From NCBI RefSeq assembly GCF_006345805.1, contig NC_043006.1, forward strand, positions 45,074,001 to 45,138,000: 64,000 nt of DNA, in the 5' to 3' direction. Below, in pieces: positions 38,110-52,601 of the stretch. The first letter of the stretch is position 1, and every line of letters starts with the position of its first letter. The translations under genes were made by a program, and so were the position numbers. The stretch is from Octopus sinensis (Eukaryota). A model generated the notes under the pieces. The model searched no databases. It was not told the DNA's origin and saw nothing but the letters and a program-made list of their open reading frames with translations.

Positions 38110-38691
38110 CTCTTTCTTCGAGACAAGCTGGTTGTGAGACCCTGAATGGAACTGCACGGAAAATTATGTTCGGTTGTATAAGCTAGATCAAATAGTTATA
38201 TATATATGTATGTATCTATGTACATTTAAAATTAAAATCACGAACATTAAAATTTGATAATTAATATCACGTATGCTTTCATATTTCTCTTATTGGTCCT
38301 TTACATTTGATACAGAAAAATATCTTTTCTATACCCATGACGCTGACGTTTGGAGGCATTCACATTCTCATTTATAAAGTAAACTATTGTAATAGCATGA
38401 TGGCGGCGCGTTTTGCAATAAGTCACAAAGGATCTTGGGAATAATATTATAACTGTTAAAATCCTCAGCGTTCGATTTACATCAATATAATGGTAAATCT
38501 TGGAAGGTATATCATGACATTTTTTATGTGTAATATATCTGTGTTTAGTTTATATTTGTATTTTGGTTTTTAGCCAGAGTTTCTATAGTTATTCTACCTG
38601 TCTGTCTGTCTGTCCGATTATGTTGCAACCTAACTATTTATTTGTCTGTATATCTCTACCTACCTACCTACCTACCTACCTACCTACCTAC

Positions 38692-38723
<32 letters not shown>

Positions 38724-38823
38724 NNNNNNNNNNNNNNNNNNNNNNNNNNNNNNNNNNNNNNNNNNNNNNNNNNNNNNNNNNNNNNNNNNNNNNNNNNNNN
38801 NNNNNNNNNNNNNNNNNNNNNNN
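38724..38823. other. Assembly gap (100 N)
   Basis: Direct reading; abuts (TATC)n, so true distances across it are unknown. Confidence 1.
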
Positions 38824-39499
38824 CTTTCAGTTTCCGTCTACTAAATACACTCAGAAGGGTTTGGTCGGCCCAAAGCTATAGCAGAAGACACTTGCCCAAA
38901 GTGCCACGCAGTGGGGCAGAATCCGGAAATATGTGGTTGGGAAGCAAGCGTTTTACCATGCAGTCAAAGTCAGGAGACATGAGGGATGAAAATGGATTTA
39001 TCTAACCACATGACTTCCATATGATTACAGCCGTTTCACAAACTTTTTCATGTAGTATTAATTTCAATATGCAAAAAATTATAAGTGCATCTCTGTATTG
39101 ATATGAATGCTTCAGAACAGGCTGCTCAATTGAGCGTCAATTATTTTCTCAAAATTAGTGAGTAGCCTGATAAAGCAGCTGATTTGTCTTTGACAGTGTA
39201 ACGGTCTAAAACCATGGCCATATTACATAACTAAATGTGTTCTGTTAATTATATTCACAAATTAATGCAAAGAAAACTAATTCACCAGATCACCAGAATA
39301 TCATGGTTATATCAACAGTTCAACGGTAAATATACACGTAAAATTTGCACTTTATATTAATACAGTATGGAAGGCCAGACGTGGACAAAATTACACTGAT
39401 TTGGACTGTAAATGGTAAGCAACAGAGTAAAGACATACTGTTGTGCTATTTGTTATACAAAAAATCTTCGTATATATGAGCTCCTTCAATCAATTAAGT

Positions 39500-39727
39500 T
39501 GAAGCGCCAGAAAATCTTTTCTACTATAGGCACAAGGCCTGAAATTTTAGGGGAGGGGATTAATCGATTACGTCAACCCCAGTGCTCAACTGATACTTAT
39601 TTCATCGCTCACGAAAGCATGAAAGGCAAAGTCGTTCTCGGCGAAATTTGAACCCAGAACGTAAACACGGACAAAATTTCGCTAAGCATTTTGCCCGGCG
39701 TACTAACTATTCTGCCAGCTCACAGCC

Positions 39728-39730
<3 letters not shown>
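39500..39730 (-). mobile_element. tRNA-derived SINE
   Basis: Reverse complement of head, core and ggccttgtgcctatagtagaaaaga tail. Confidence 0.85.
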
Positions 39731-39790
<60 letters not shown>

Positions 39791-40018
39791 GTAATAATAC
39801 TCTCTATGTAATCCCAAGGTTTAAAACAAACATTATTTTAAAAATTTATGTATTAGACATTCACTAGTACAACACCAAAAAAAAAACCCCCAAATATATG
39901 GCACACGAGGCATAACAACAACGTGAACTTCCAACCTGTTGTCTCTTGAGGTCTCTGGGTGTGACTTGGAGCCAACTTGTACAGACATAAAGCAAAAGTC
40001 AAACATAGAATAATAATA

Positions 40019-40054
<36 letters not shown>

Positions 40055-40149
40055 TAATAATAATAATAATAATAATAAACTGCAACATCGATATACCATC
40101 TTTTATTTCTGCAAAAAAAATATAGAAATAACAAGATAGAGTAAAAATA

Positions 40150-40690
40150 AAATACCACAAGGACCGAAATTATGGGGGAGGGGAACAGTCGATTACTGCG
40201 CAACTGGTACTTAATTTATGAAAAGCAAAGGATGAAAAGCAAAGGATGAAAAGCAAAGTCGACCTCAGCGGAATTCGAACTCACAACGTAAAGACAGACG
40301 AAATACCTATTTTTTTACTACCCACAAGGAGCTATACACAGAGAGGACAAACAAGGACAGACAAACGGATTAAGTCGATTATATCGACCCCAGTGCGTAA
40401 CTGGTACTTATTTAATCGACCTCGAAAGGATGAAAGGTAAAGTCGACCTCGGCGGAATTTGAACTCAGAATGTAACGGCAGACGAAATACGGCTACGCAT
40501 TTCGCCCGGCGTGCTAACGTTTCTGCCAGCTCGCCGCCTTATACCAAATATATTCTTTTCTACTCTAGGCACAGGGCCCGAAATTTTGGAGGAGGTGGGG
40601 CAGTCGATTAGATCGACTCCAGTGTGCAACTAGTACTTAATTTATCGACTCCGAAAGGATGAAAGGCAAAGTCGATCTCAGCGGAAAAAA
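40150..40690 (-). mobile_element. SINE cluster, including a head-body-body array of two subfamilies
   Basis: Junction aaaaaataggtatttcgtc near 40300-40320 joins the long-body subfamily to the short-body subfamily. Confidence 0.88.
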
Positions 40691-41294
40691 ATATAAGCAA
40701 ATAATATTAAGAAAATTACCAAAATAATTATCCTCAGTAATTTTATAGGTAGGTTAGCTGATTTTGGGACAAAACAGCCGGTTATATAATGATTCTGAAG
40801 AATTTCTGGATGAGTGCTTCTGGACGGGTGTGAGCGTCACGTGCAATATGATTTGAAGAAATTGTGTTCTTCAACTAAGGACTTTCATACATACTAAATA
40901 CAAGATCACAAAGCATCCACAGAAGGAATTTGAACTTCCAACTATTATAGTCCCTCTCCTTCCAACTATTATAGTCCCTCTCCTTGTAATGCTTTTCATA
41001 TAGCCTATCTAATTTCGGGAAAGAAGACATTATATAGACATATATACATAGAAATACGTCTACGCAAACTTGCAGAGGTATATGTAAGTACATACTTACA
41101 CATAAACACATACACATATTTATATCTATATAAATACACACACCGGTATATATACAGAGAGAGGGAGAGAAGGAAAGAGAGAAAAGAGAGAGTGGGGGAG
41201 ACAAATATATACACGTATATATACCAATCCAAACACACACACACACACATACATGCATATACATATGTGTGTGTATATATATGTATATATGTAT

Positions 41295-41349
<55 letters not shown>

Positions 41350-41421
41350 CACTTCACAAATATATATGTATATATATATATGCATACGCATGTATACATA
41401 AATATATGTAGGTATATTTAC

Positions 41422-41513
<92 letters not shown>

Positions 41514-41995
41514 CATACTATATATATATTTACATATGCATGCATAAACAGAATATACATGTGTAAACGCACCCGCCTGCGAAGATATATAAATATGTCT
41601 AAGCGTCTATATACATACAAATACATAAACATAAATTCAACATAGATATATATACTTTGATAGGTTTCGGCCATTATTGGCCCAGGCCATGTCTAACTTA
41701 ATAGCACCACCTGGTGAAGTCTTTCAAGTCAGAATTTGGGCACTATCGCCCACTCAAGTAGAGAATTATTGTTTACAGAGACATATCCGGGTGTAGAGGG
41801 TTTATCCGGGATTTCTTGAAGAAAATGTATATATATATACACATACACATACATACATACATACATACATACATACACCCAAAGAAATACCTATATTCTC
41901 ATTCATATAACCGAATTTGAAGGAGATTACTGTGATAACCGTACGATTCTCTGTATCCATCTGTATCCATATTGTTATACTACTCCTATACACAT

Positions 41996-42040
<45 letters not shown>

Positions 42041-42644
42041 CATATATATATACATACATAGAGATATAATATATATACATACATACATACATACATTCGT
42101 AAATAGATGCATATACAATACATGTATGCATGTATGCATGTATATATATATATATATATATATTATATTATTATATAATATTAGAGAGAGAGAGAGAGAG
42201 AGAGAGATGTATGTATGTATGTATGTATGTATGTATGTATGTATGTATGTATGTATGTATGTATGTACGTATGTATGTATGTGCGCGTGGATCGATAAAT
42301 ATAAATGAATTATCAGAATGTGTAAAGATGATTTCTCATGAAATATTTTTCTAATCACTTTCTGGTTCGAAGATGTAAAAAAAAAAATACAATGTGTCAT
42401 TAAAAAATTGTTTTCTCTTTCCTTTCAGAAATATTAATATCTAAAACGGGATCACCATCGAGATCATCGTCGACGTCATCATCATCATCATCATCATTCA
42501 TACTGTTATTATGAAGGTAGCGAAGTAACATTAAAATAAACATGTCAACAACTGGGGTTGATGTCATTGACTCACCACACCTCAAAATTGTTCACCTTGT
42601 GCCTAAATTTGAAATTATTATTATTATTATTATTATTGCTATTA

Positions 42645-42875
42645 TTAGGGCCGCGAGCTGGCAGAATCGTTAGCACGCTGGGCGAAGTGCTTAGCGATGT
42701 TTCGTCCGCCTTTACTTTCTAAGTTCAAATTCCGCCGAGGTTGACTCTGGCTCTGGCTTTTATCCATTCAGGATCGATAAAATAAGTACCAGTTGATCAG
42801 TGGGGTTGATGTAATCGACTATCCTCCTCCCCACAAATTCCAGGCTTTGTGCCTATAGTAGAAAGGATTATTATT
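42645..42875 (+). mobile_element. Full-length tRNA-derived SINE with (ATT)n tail
   Basis: gcgagctggcagaatcgttagcacgctgggcg through caggctttgtgcctatagtagaaaggattattatt. Confidence 0.9.
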
Positions 42876-42879
42876 ATTA

Positions 42880-43330
42880 CTGAGGGAGCAGTGCATGCCA
42901 TCAAAGTGATACTGGGGTACAAACATACTAAGCCCAATACACCCATCATGACTACCCGTCCGATAAGTGTACACCAGGCACATGCATCACAACAATATGT
43001 GCACAACATGGTGCTTTCATAGCATGCTAAACAGCGCATGACCTTGCAAGTGGGACCCAGCTAGAATTTTTTTCAGGTCGAGTAGCCCATCCTGCTCAAA
43101 AGGTCCCTGGATAAGGGTTGTTTTAAGGATGATGAACAAAGCACCCATGGATTATTCAAACCCCAAAGAACTCTCAGCACATGGCTATGATCCCCCATTA
43201 CTTTGCTAGTGATCAGAGATACACATATCGTCAGCCACTAAGAGACATGCTCAACTGGTTAAGGTCAAACAACTGACAAGCAAATCTGTGGTATTCAGCA
43301 GAACATTTGCTGTAGCCCATCTTTATACTA
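42880..43330 (-). repeat. Unclassified interspersed repeat with (AAT)n tail
   Basis: Moderately GC-rich non-coding block bounded by ATT repeats; no ORF. Confidence 0.4.
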
Positions 43331-43364
<34 letters not shown>

Positions 43365-43904
43365 CACACATACACACAAAAGCAATTAGGGTGTTGGACT
43401 CAAGATTTAGAGATTGGGATTTCAGTTCCTAGACCGAGTAGTACGTTGTGTTCTCAAGCAAAACACTACATCTCACGTTGCTCTGTGATCACTTTGACAC
43501 ACTTTCGCTCAGTACACTGTGCACCTGTTCAGACAACGTCGATTTGAAGAAGAGAGTGAGATAATGTGCGGCATGAACATTTGATCACCATAAACAAATC
43601 ATTTATGCCGGTCGTTCGGTAAAAGCTGAACACTTACACGTCGTCTTCGACGGGAGAGTCCATCATTATTATACACACAACCTGTGTGCCATGAGCTGTT
43701 TAGCGGTTTCTGACTAAATAAAGAAGGAACGAAATTGCCAAACCAATGGTATTAGACATTGATATTAACACTGTAACGATATAAACTATAATAACAATCA
43801 ACATTGTCACTGCAACGGCTGTAAATTAATGATGATTGCATTTGATTAAACACACAGCTACAGTCGTTTCACGAATGTGTTGTAATTACGTATGTTTCCT
43901 TACT

Positions 43905-44235
43905 TCTTCATCTAATTTATTTATTTGTGCGCCCTTTTCAAGCCTAGCTAGGCTCATGGGCCCGGTTTCCCGGTTTCTGTAGTGTATGTGTTCCCCCCAG
44001 CTGGACGGGACGCCAGTCCATTGCAGTGTTACTGAAGAAACAGGAAGAAAGAATGAGAGAAAGTTGGGACGAAAGAGTACAACGGGGGTTGCCACCCCCC
44101 ACCCCCTGCCGGAGCCTCGTGGAGCTTTAGGTGTTTTCGCTCAATAAACACACACAACGCCCGGGCTGGGAATCGAAACCGCGATCCTCCGAGCGCGAGT
44201 CCGCTGCCCTAACCACTGGGCCATTGCGCCTCCAC
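43905..44235 (-). mobile_element. tRNA(Arg)-like SINE (OR-like) with TSD
   Basis: Same head as 26742 and 28373; tcttcatctaat and tcttcacctaat flanks. Confidence 0.88.
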
Positions 44236-44559
44236 TCTTCACCTAATACGCTACTGATATTCGATTAAACATCGACCAACTGAGAAGTTAATCCCAGAAT
44301 TATTTGCGATAAGGGCCACAATAAACCATGAATTCTTACACCAGTCAGTACAAGACAGGCAATTTTTATTTTATTATATTTTATTAGGGAGGGTCTGAAA
44401 GGATCAAGTGTTTCATTGGTGTTTATTTTACAGACCTTCAAGAATGAAATGTTAATTTGTCTCTGGGGAGAGGGGAAAATAAATATTTAATTCTATGTTC
44501 TACCATGTCTGCCACCACAAACTCTTTGAGACATCATGATGATGATGATGATGATGATT

Positions 44560-44592
<33 letters not shown>

Positions 44593-44749
44593 GGTTTTGA
44601 TTAAACACACAACTACAGTCGATTCATGAATGTGTTGTAACTACATGATATGTTTCTTCACTTCATTTAATATGCTGATGATGATCTTAGAAGATGATTC
44701 CAGAAGTATTTGCGATAATGGCACGACTAGGTTGTAAAAGTTTTACACT

Positions 44750-45185
44750 GCAAATTTTGCCAGAAATGAGGATTTGAAACTAGAAACACGTGATACAATC
44801 ATCGGATCGAAGACGAAAAAAAAAAAAGATTTTGGTCGACTTTCTTATTCAAACGGCCAAGAAGTTAGAAAATAATCGACTGGACATGACAGTTACAGAT
44901 AAGGAAAAGCGAAGTTGCTTTTCAACCCATCATGCTTGTTTGATTTCACAGTCGAAAAGAAAGAGGACGAAAAAATAGTAAAATAAAATTCCTTAAAATT
45001 TGAAATAGGAAGAATTTGGAGTATGAGAACTGTCAAGGTCGTGCCTATAATAATTGGTGAATTGGGAACAGTTAGCAAAGAAATAGGCAAATGGCTGAAG
45101 GAGATTGGAATAGAATTCCTGGTAGAACTCCTACTGAAAGTTTGTCTCTTAGGGACAGCAAGGCTTATCAGGAGGTTTCTAAGCA
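44750..45185 (+). mobile_element. R4/Dong-type endonuclease C-terminal remnant
   Basis: RLDMTVTDKEKRSC and MRTVKVVPIIIGELGTVSKEIGKWLKEIGI..LLKVCLLGTARLIRRFLS. Confidence 0.85.
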
Positions 45186-45295
45186 ATTGGAAGACTACTA
45201 AAAACTTGTGGATACCTAAGGTTACAGGTATTAACCCCCGCCACCCACATAAATCCTACCAGGAATAAGACCGAACCTGAGACAAGCCAATAATA

Positions 45296-45368
<73 letters not shown>

Positions 45369-45409
45369 CGACGACGACGACGACGACGATGATAATAACA
45401 ATCACCATC

Positions 45410-46600
45410 ATAAAGACGCTCAACGGGCAGAGTCGTTAGCGTGTCGGACAAAATGCTTAGCAGCACTTCTTCCGGCTCTTTTACGTTCGGAGTTCAAACC
45501 CTGCCAATATCAACTTTACATTTAAATTCTTCATTGGAGGATAAAATAAAGCACTAGTCATGTACCAGAGTGGATGGTATCGAATATCCCCACCCCTCAA
45601 AACTACTTGCCGGAGGATTGGCTGAAACGGTACAGCGCCTGAGAATAAAAAAAAGTACCTTGCAGGGTTAGTTCAAGTTCTTTATTTTTGGAATTACTGT
45701 ACATTCCGTCGAAGTGAACATTGCTTTTTAACCATCCAGCGGTCGGTAAACTAAAGTATCAGCTAAGTTTTGGCTTGATTTGGCCAGCATTATCTCACCC
45801 CCAAATTTGAGGTCTTCTGCCCCATTTAGAAACAATATTATTTATAACATAGGCAATGGCAGTGAGGTGACAGAATCGTTAGCACGCCGGGCGAAATGCT
45901 TAGCAGTATTTCGTCTGCCGCTACATTCTGAGTTCAAATTCCGCCGAGATCGACTTTGCCTTTCATCCTTTCGGGGTCGATCAAATAAGTATCAGTTACG
46001 CACTGGGTCGATATAATCGACTTAATCCGTTTGTCTGTTCTTGTTTGTCCTCTCTGTGCTTAGCCCCTTGTGGATAGTGAAGAAATAAGAAACGTTAGCG
46101 CTCTGGAAATGCTTAGCGGTCTTTATGTTCTGAGTTCAAATTCCGCCGAGGTCGACTTTGCCTTTCGGGTCGATAAATTAAGTAGCAGTTGCGTACCGGG
46201 GTCGAATCGACTGGCTCCCTCCACCAAAATTTCGGACTTTTTGCCTAGAGTAGAAAAGAATCGTCAGCACACCGGAAAATTGTTCAGTGGCATTTCGCCC
46301 GTCTGAGTTCAAATTCCGCCGATGTCGACTTTGTTTTTTATCCTTTAGAGATCGATGAAATAGTACTAGTTGATCACTTGACGATCAATGTAATCGACTA
46401 ACCCTTTCCCATCGAAATTGCTAGCCTTGTGCCAAAAATTGGAAACCATTATTTATAACATAGACACAAAGTCGCAAAAGGAAGTTGTATCGGCGCTAAT
46501 TAATAATCGATACATTATTTTAATTACTCTTGAACGTTGAAAATCAAAGTTGAGCTCGGTGGAGTTTGAGTTCAGAATGTGAAGGGTAGAAACTAAATAT
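45410..46600 (+). mobile_element. Dense SINE cluster (five or more copies or fragments)
   Basis: Repeated gagttcaaattccgcc and gtcgactttgcc cores. Confidence 0.88.
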
Positions 46601-47522
46601 TGCAATGCTGTGATTCAATAATATTATATACAACGTTGAGGCGAGCGAGGTATCAATAGCATATACGAGTTTTAAAACCTACATGAGTTTTAAAAGAGCT
46701 GAATAAAATCTTCAAAATATATGTAACTTTTAATTTTATTGAACCTTTCTCCGTTATTATTACGATCGATGATGATGATAACGAACGAACGATGATGATG
46801 ATGATATTAACGAACGAACGATGATGATGATGATATTAACGAACGAACGATGATGATGATGATGATGATGTTGTTGTTGGTGGTGGTGGTGATTAGAGCC
46901 TGTTCGATCCTAAACGACTAGATAAAGATATTTCCAAGCGTGATCCTCCCGCCCTTTTTTTTTTTCATGTGTATGTTGGATCATATTATCTTACGCGTCC
47001 TTTTAATTTGTTCAAAATATTCCAGTCCAAAATAACTTTCGTACTGTAGACTTTAGTTAAGAACATAAGTCGATCACACCCCACCTTCGCGCACAGAATG
47101 TTACCCCCGAATGTCTGTTTGTATAAACGACGGTTAATTACAGTTCGTTGATGAGAAGAAAATGAAATGTGGGAACAATTGTATCCTGAATAATGTCCGA
47201 ATAATACTCGGATAATAAGACACTGAAATCTAAAAGAGTCAAATATATTACATGCTGAAAGGGTAGATGTATGCATAAACAATATGGACAATTAATTAAT
47301 TTAATTAACATCATATAACCAATACTGATATGTGGATATCCTTTTCAAGAGTATAAAATGTGGTGATCATATAATGACAGGTAGAAATCGGAAAGGATAT
47401 AGCAATAATGATACATGTCGGGGGATACGCAACATTTCAGTAACATAAAACAACAGGTATTAAGCGGGAATATTATAATGATAATTATTATAATTATATA
47501 TATATATTTGTTTTTTCCTTAC

Positions 47523-48330
47523 CTGAGCACGGTAGCATCCTTATAAAACGGTGGCAGGTAAATCGAAGCTGATGATGACGATGAAGCTTTGTATTGTTAG
47601 TGTTGCTGTTATTATTATAATTTGAAGAAGTAGTAGTAGTATTATTACTACTTCTACTATAACGATTACGACTACAAAACTACTACAATAACAACAACTA
47701 CTACTACTACTACGGTAATACTACTACTGTTACTATTGGTAAGAGGAGTAGTTGTAACGTTTGTGAAAAGTCGTTACTGAACTGAAAAGCGTGTTAACTG
47801 ACAAACGTTACGGTAGAAGCTTATTTGTCTAGTTAAAAACACATCTATCTGCAAGGCTGATTCAGTGCAGGAGAGCAGTTAAACCATAGATTCTAGACTG
47901 GCATCACCAAGAAAGTAGGTCATAGTGATGAGATAACTAGTTTGGGAAGCGGCAATGGTTTTAAATGAGCTGGTGCGGGCCCGTGGGAGCAAGAGTAGCT
48001 AGTGAGGACTGCACGAATTTTACTCAAGCTGGGAACTGATAGAATGATGTCCGGATATATCAGTCAAAGGAAATAAAATCGTTGCAACAATTGTATGCAA
48101 TGGTAGTTTAGTTTGTTAAGCTGGCAGGCTGGTAGGCTGGATGGGTGAGATGGGTGAATGCTTAGCTGACTAGCTGGCCGACTGACTGGCCAACTGACTG
48201 GCGGGCAGGCCGGTTGGCTGCTCGGTCAATCATTCGTTGTTTAATATAGAATTACTCTGCGGGATGATGACGTGGTGATGAATGACGTTGGCGGGGGTGG
48301 GTAGAGGTAATATATCTATGAATCTGCTTC
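47523..48330 (-). promoter_or_regulatory. Candidate promoter and first exon of a minus-strand gene
   Basis: Strong donor CAG|gtaagg at 47523 and local CpG enrichment. Two TGACGT CRE-like sites (48268, 48283), a GC-box-like tract at 48290-48301, a TATA-like site at 48240-48248 and TCAGTT at 48192-48197. Possible start MLPCS. Confidence 0.4.
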
Positions 48331-48889
48331 TCTTCAAGTTCTTCGTATATGCAAAGCGTGGGTGGTTGCGCAGACAAAAATTCCTATTTTTTTCTCTTTC
48401 TTTTTATTTTTTGTCGAAGGCGGTGTGGGAGGCGTTTTCGATTTCTCTGTTCTAAATCATTTTGGTGGGGAGTTTAATTTCTTTAAGTCTATACTGGGCT
48501 GTGCGATCTTTCATTTTGTTTTTGCTGTTTTGTTTTGAAACGAAAGAGTTGGTTACAAAATTTTGTTGATTAAAAAGAAAACAGATAGTTAAACTAAAGT
48601 TAAACTTTCGTTAAAATTTTGGCATATTTGACCAAATTAAAGGACATTCCTCAAATACAAAGGTACTCAAAACTTCAGTTTCTGCAGAATTTGAGTTTTT
48701 TAGTAAGATTATATATAGGCTGAACAGATTCTAATTGAACAGATTTAGCAGTCACGGAGCGTGACAAGGGTGATAGCGCTCATTAGCAACTACCAAAAGA
48801 AATTAACCTTCTCAACTACAGCTTGGAAAATTTTCACAAAAGTTGTTTGACTCAAGTTATCGGAGCTTCAGTTCAAAGTATTATAAATC

Positions 48890-49900
48890 CCATCCATGAA
48901 TAGGGTCAGGAAATGCAATATATCGTATTTGTTATCGAGATTTTCTTGGCAGATCAAAGCAGCAGATAAACAGGCATTCACTGAGGCGGGCTTTCTCGAC
49001 CGGAAGTATGCTACTGTGCGAAAGATACTTTGGCTATGCCCAGAGATCCCAATTCCATATCACAGATGTTTCAGAATGGAAGTACAAGTAAAACCTTTTG
49101 AAAGAAGTACGTCTGTGCCATTCATGGTAACGCAGCTCATACGAATGAATTCCATGGAAATTCTTTTGGAGGCCTTTTTTTTATGATTAATGGCACTACA
49201 GCAGATTTCCCAATGAGAACATGAATTTGCTGGACAATGTAGAGATATAATGGTCTTGATATCGGCACACTATCCTATGACTTCATGACAATTGTAACTG
49301 AAATAAAGGACATTTCAAAATTGAAAAACCTTTCTCTTATTCTGCGCTACGTTTTTGACACTTTTTCTATGAAGAAATCAAAGAATAGTTAGCAGCTTCT
49401 AAACTAAACACTGAATCACTTTAGCAGTGCAAACTGCCGGTGCTGAATTTTAACAGAGTTGACGCTTAGTTACGTGTCGCACATTGTATGGTGATGTCTC
49501 GGCCACTGGTACTCAAGCGAAGCTGCATGACACTTCTACATTTGCAGTCTATTTCTACTACCACCTCACCCAGTCAACGTGGTAGTGACTGCATCAAAAC
49601 CGCAAAGACAGCGGGGGAACTTTTCGCCATTTTATAGCAACTCGTTCTCCTTATGGTTCAGTCCACTATGTATCAGTGCTTAATATAATAGCCAGTAGAA
49701 TTGAAAAGTTTTTCCCAAAAAATGTTGTATTCGTCAGTATGCGTCATTTGTTGCTGTGCATTGTATACTTCCATTCATTTTGGACACCCTATCATTTTTA
49801 CAGTGAAGAAACCAAATTACTTGAGTGTCAAACCGAGGACATTTCCCTATTATCATTCTGGCTACAAACGCTTCAGTTGCCTTCGTTCTCTTTTAAAAGG
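48890..49900 (+). mobile_element. Decayed hAT transposase (ZMYM1/DUF4371-like)
   Basis: AFTEAGFLDRKYA and DISKLKNLSLILRYV resemble the GFxNWK and DxSxxEQLSxxLRYV motifs; many stops. Confidence 0.55.
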
Positions 49901-50074
49901 TTCTGCTGTAAATCATGCCACTGGCAAAGATGCAGCAGTCCAAAAAGATTTAACGGTCAAAGAATGCGATTGCTTAATGAAATTTAAAATCTAAAACTAG
50001 TATTTTACGAATTCCCTCATATCCATGAGAGAAAAACAATAAAGGCAACTTCAGTATGTATATATATATATTAT

Positions 50075-50120
<46 letters not shown>

Positions 50121-50254
50121 ATATATATATATTTAATTTGAAATTTGGGCTTAAATCTTGTAGCATACCATTTAAAGTCCGTTCACTGAATAATGAGTTT
50201 CATAAACCCCATTTTCTTTCATATTTTATAAATGTGTGTGTATACATATTTCTT

Positions 50255-50480
50255 TATTACCCACAAGGGGATAAACATAGAGGGAACAAACAAGGACAGA
50301 CATAGGTATTAAGTCGATTACATCGACCCCAGTGCGGAACTGGTACTTAATTTATCGACCCCGAAAGGATGAAAGGCAAAGTCAACCTCGGCGGAATTTG
50401 AACTCACAACGTAACGACAGACGAAATACCGCTAAGCATTTCATCCGGCATGCTAACGTTTCTGCCAGCTCGCCGCCTTA
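50255..50480 (-). mobile_element. Young full-length SINE (long-body subfamily)
   Basis: Same diagnostic variants as the 53906-54261 arms. Confidence 0.9.
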
Positions 50481-52147
50481 TCATGTATGTGTATACATGT
50501 ATACGCACGTATGTATGTATGTATGTATGTATGTATGTATGTATGTACGTATGTATGTATGTATGTATGTATGTATGTATGTATGTATAGAGAGAAGAAA
50601 TGTGTTCCCACGTAGGAAAGAATATAGAGCAATTTATTTAGGGGGTTTAAAATTCACATATGTCTAAAGCTTGTAGTCGTTTTTTTAATCTTGTAGCAGA
50701 TTTATTAAAATACCAAACCGGTTTCAACATTTTTTGTTTATCAATGGTAATTAAAATAATTAAATAAATAAATGAATAAATAAAGAGCTTCAGAAAAGTT
50801 ACGAAGGAAAATTCGGAAAAAGATGCTTAAAAGATCGCATGTTCATACCAATTCCAATGAGTTTCACAGAGTTAGACAGTAATACAAGTTCACATGTTCG
50901 ATGAATTTCATAACAGTCATACGTGATGGAAGTTTGACAATAGTGAGTTGTATTAACAATAAGATACGAAGAAGTTTTTAAATAGTGAGAGAGAAAAAAG
51001 GAGAGAAACAGAAAAAATTCTTTTTTTACAAATTCTGCTGTAGTGCATGAAGGAGGGTTCTTCGTTGCTGATTTTTCTCGTCAGAGTTCGAACTGCTTTG
51101 TATATAAGGAGTTTATACAAACTTCTGATTGATTGTAACTTTAATGACTATGCTTTTTGTTCGTCTGGCTGGTCGCCTTACTAACTCACTTGGTTTATGT
51201 TTTGATCATCCATCCATAAGATATAATACATATCTTATATCTTATCCAAATGATCTTAAAACAAAACAGTAGCAGATTCGTCGTTTGAAACTCAGTGACT
51301 TAAAATTTCTTTTGAAGCTTATTCTGCAGCACACACTGAGTTTTGTAAGTAATATCTTAGATATGTAAAATTATCTCCCGAAAAAACTAAAATAGTGACA
51401 CTCACTGTTTGATATGATTATAATGAATCTTCAAATTACGAGTCTACAAGAACTCAAAATAGACGATTAAGAAGTTTTGAACGAATAGAGATAAATTCAT
51501 CATTGAAGAAATGTAATTAATCCTTCGATTTAAACGGCATCATTTTGGAGGGGCTAAAGTTATATATTTTGGGTATTGTTACAGCATGGTATATGTGACA
51601 GAAAACTAGTCTACAATTTCTCTTTTAGTGATATAATTAAAGAGTGGGAAAATGATTCTTGAACAGGAGTGTAAGGCCTATTGCAGAGTCATCGCAACAA
51701 AATATATCTCCTTTATAGCATTCTCAACTCGTAACTATTGGTTGGTTTACAGGAATAAAGTTTAGATTGGTGCTATTTTGCAGTGGTTTAAATTCAAGTA
51801 TGGATAGTGAAACTGATTAATTTCTTCAAAATGATTACTCTTTTGAGTAGAAAAGAATAAATGAAAATGGAAAACTGCGAAGTTCTTGCCGTTTCAAGAG
51901 ACACAAGTAATACAAAGCAGATGAAAAAGGCATTGATTAGAGACTAGATTATTTTCAATTTTGGTTTACAGGAAACCTACCACTATTTGTCAAAAATTGT
52001 ATAAAATATCTGGATTTGAAACTACCGAGACTTCAGCATACTGCTAACCAATTATGCCACTTTGCAAAACTCCAACCAATGTTGCCTATTCTCATTACAA
52101 TTGAATTGAATTATATCAACGCCAACCTTGAATATGGTTAATCAATA

Positions 52148-52601
52148 TCTATAAAGCTGAAATGCGAAAAAGTTGTTTGATTTCTTGGTTATTTGTCTCA
52201 TTTTGAGATGGGAACGGTTTAGATGGGGTCGGATTGGCGCCAAAATTTACACTGGGGGTAAAATGGGGTGGGCAATGGTGTGAGGAGGGTTGCAAGTCGC
52301 TCGGGGCTATGGTGAGGAATATGGTTGCCATGGTGAGGAATATGGGAAAAATTGAGTTTTATGAGATAGACAGGTTGTGCTGTTTAAATAATGGTGGCTT
52401 TTCGTATTGCTGCAGGGGCTAGAGGCGGTTATCTTTAATTGTGGGTGTAAAAATTTGGGGGATTTTGGAAAGGGGGGTAAAGAAGAGGGCAATAAAAAGA
52501 ACCAGGCAAAGAAGACGAACAAAAGAAGAAAGGGAAAAGGAGACAACACGCACAAAACAACACCACAAAAACTCGAGCGAAACACGGGTCAAAATAGCTA
52601 G
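52148..52601 (+). mobile_element. Non-autonomous Helitron-type element
   Basis: 5' A|TCTATAAAGC; 3' degenerate hairpin ctcgagcgaaacacggg, then CTAG|T. Confidence 0.65.

Noticed and set aside
26660-44235. tRNA-like sequences at SINE 5' ends
   Set aside because: They lack a complete cloverleaf and acceptor stem and continue into SINE bodies with TSDs; not tRNA genes.
46986-47291. 101-aa minus ORF with donor CGC|gtaaga next to the putative first exon
   Set aside because: Several alternative acceptors and frames, none phase-compatible with MLPCS| in the long frame, and no recognisable homology.
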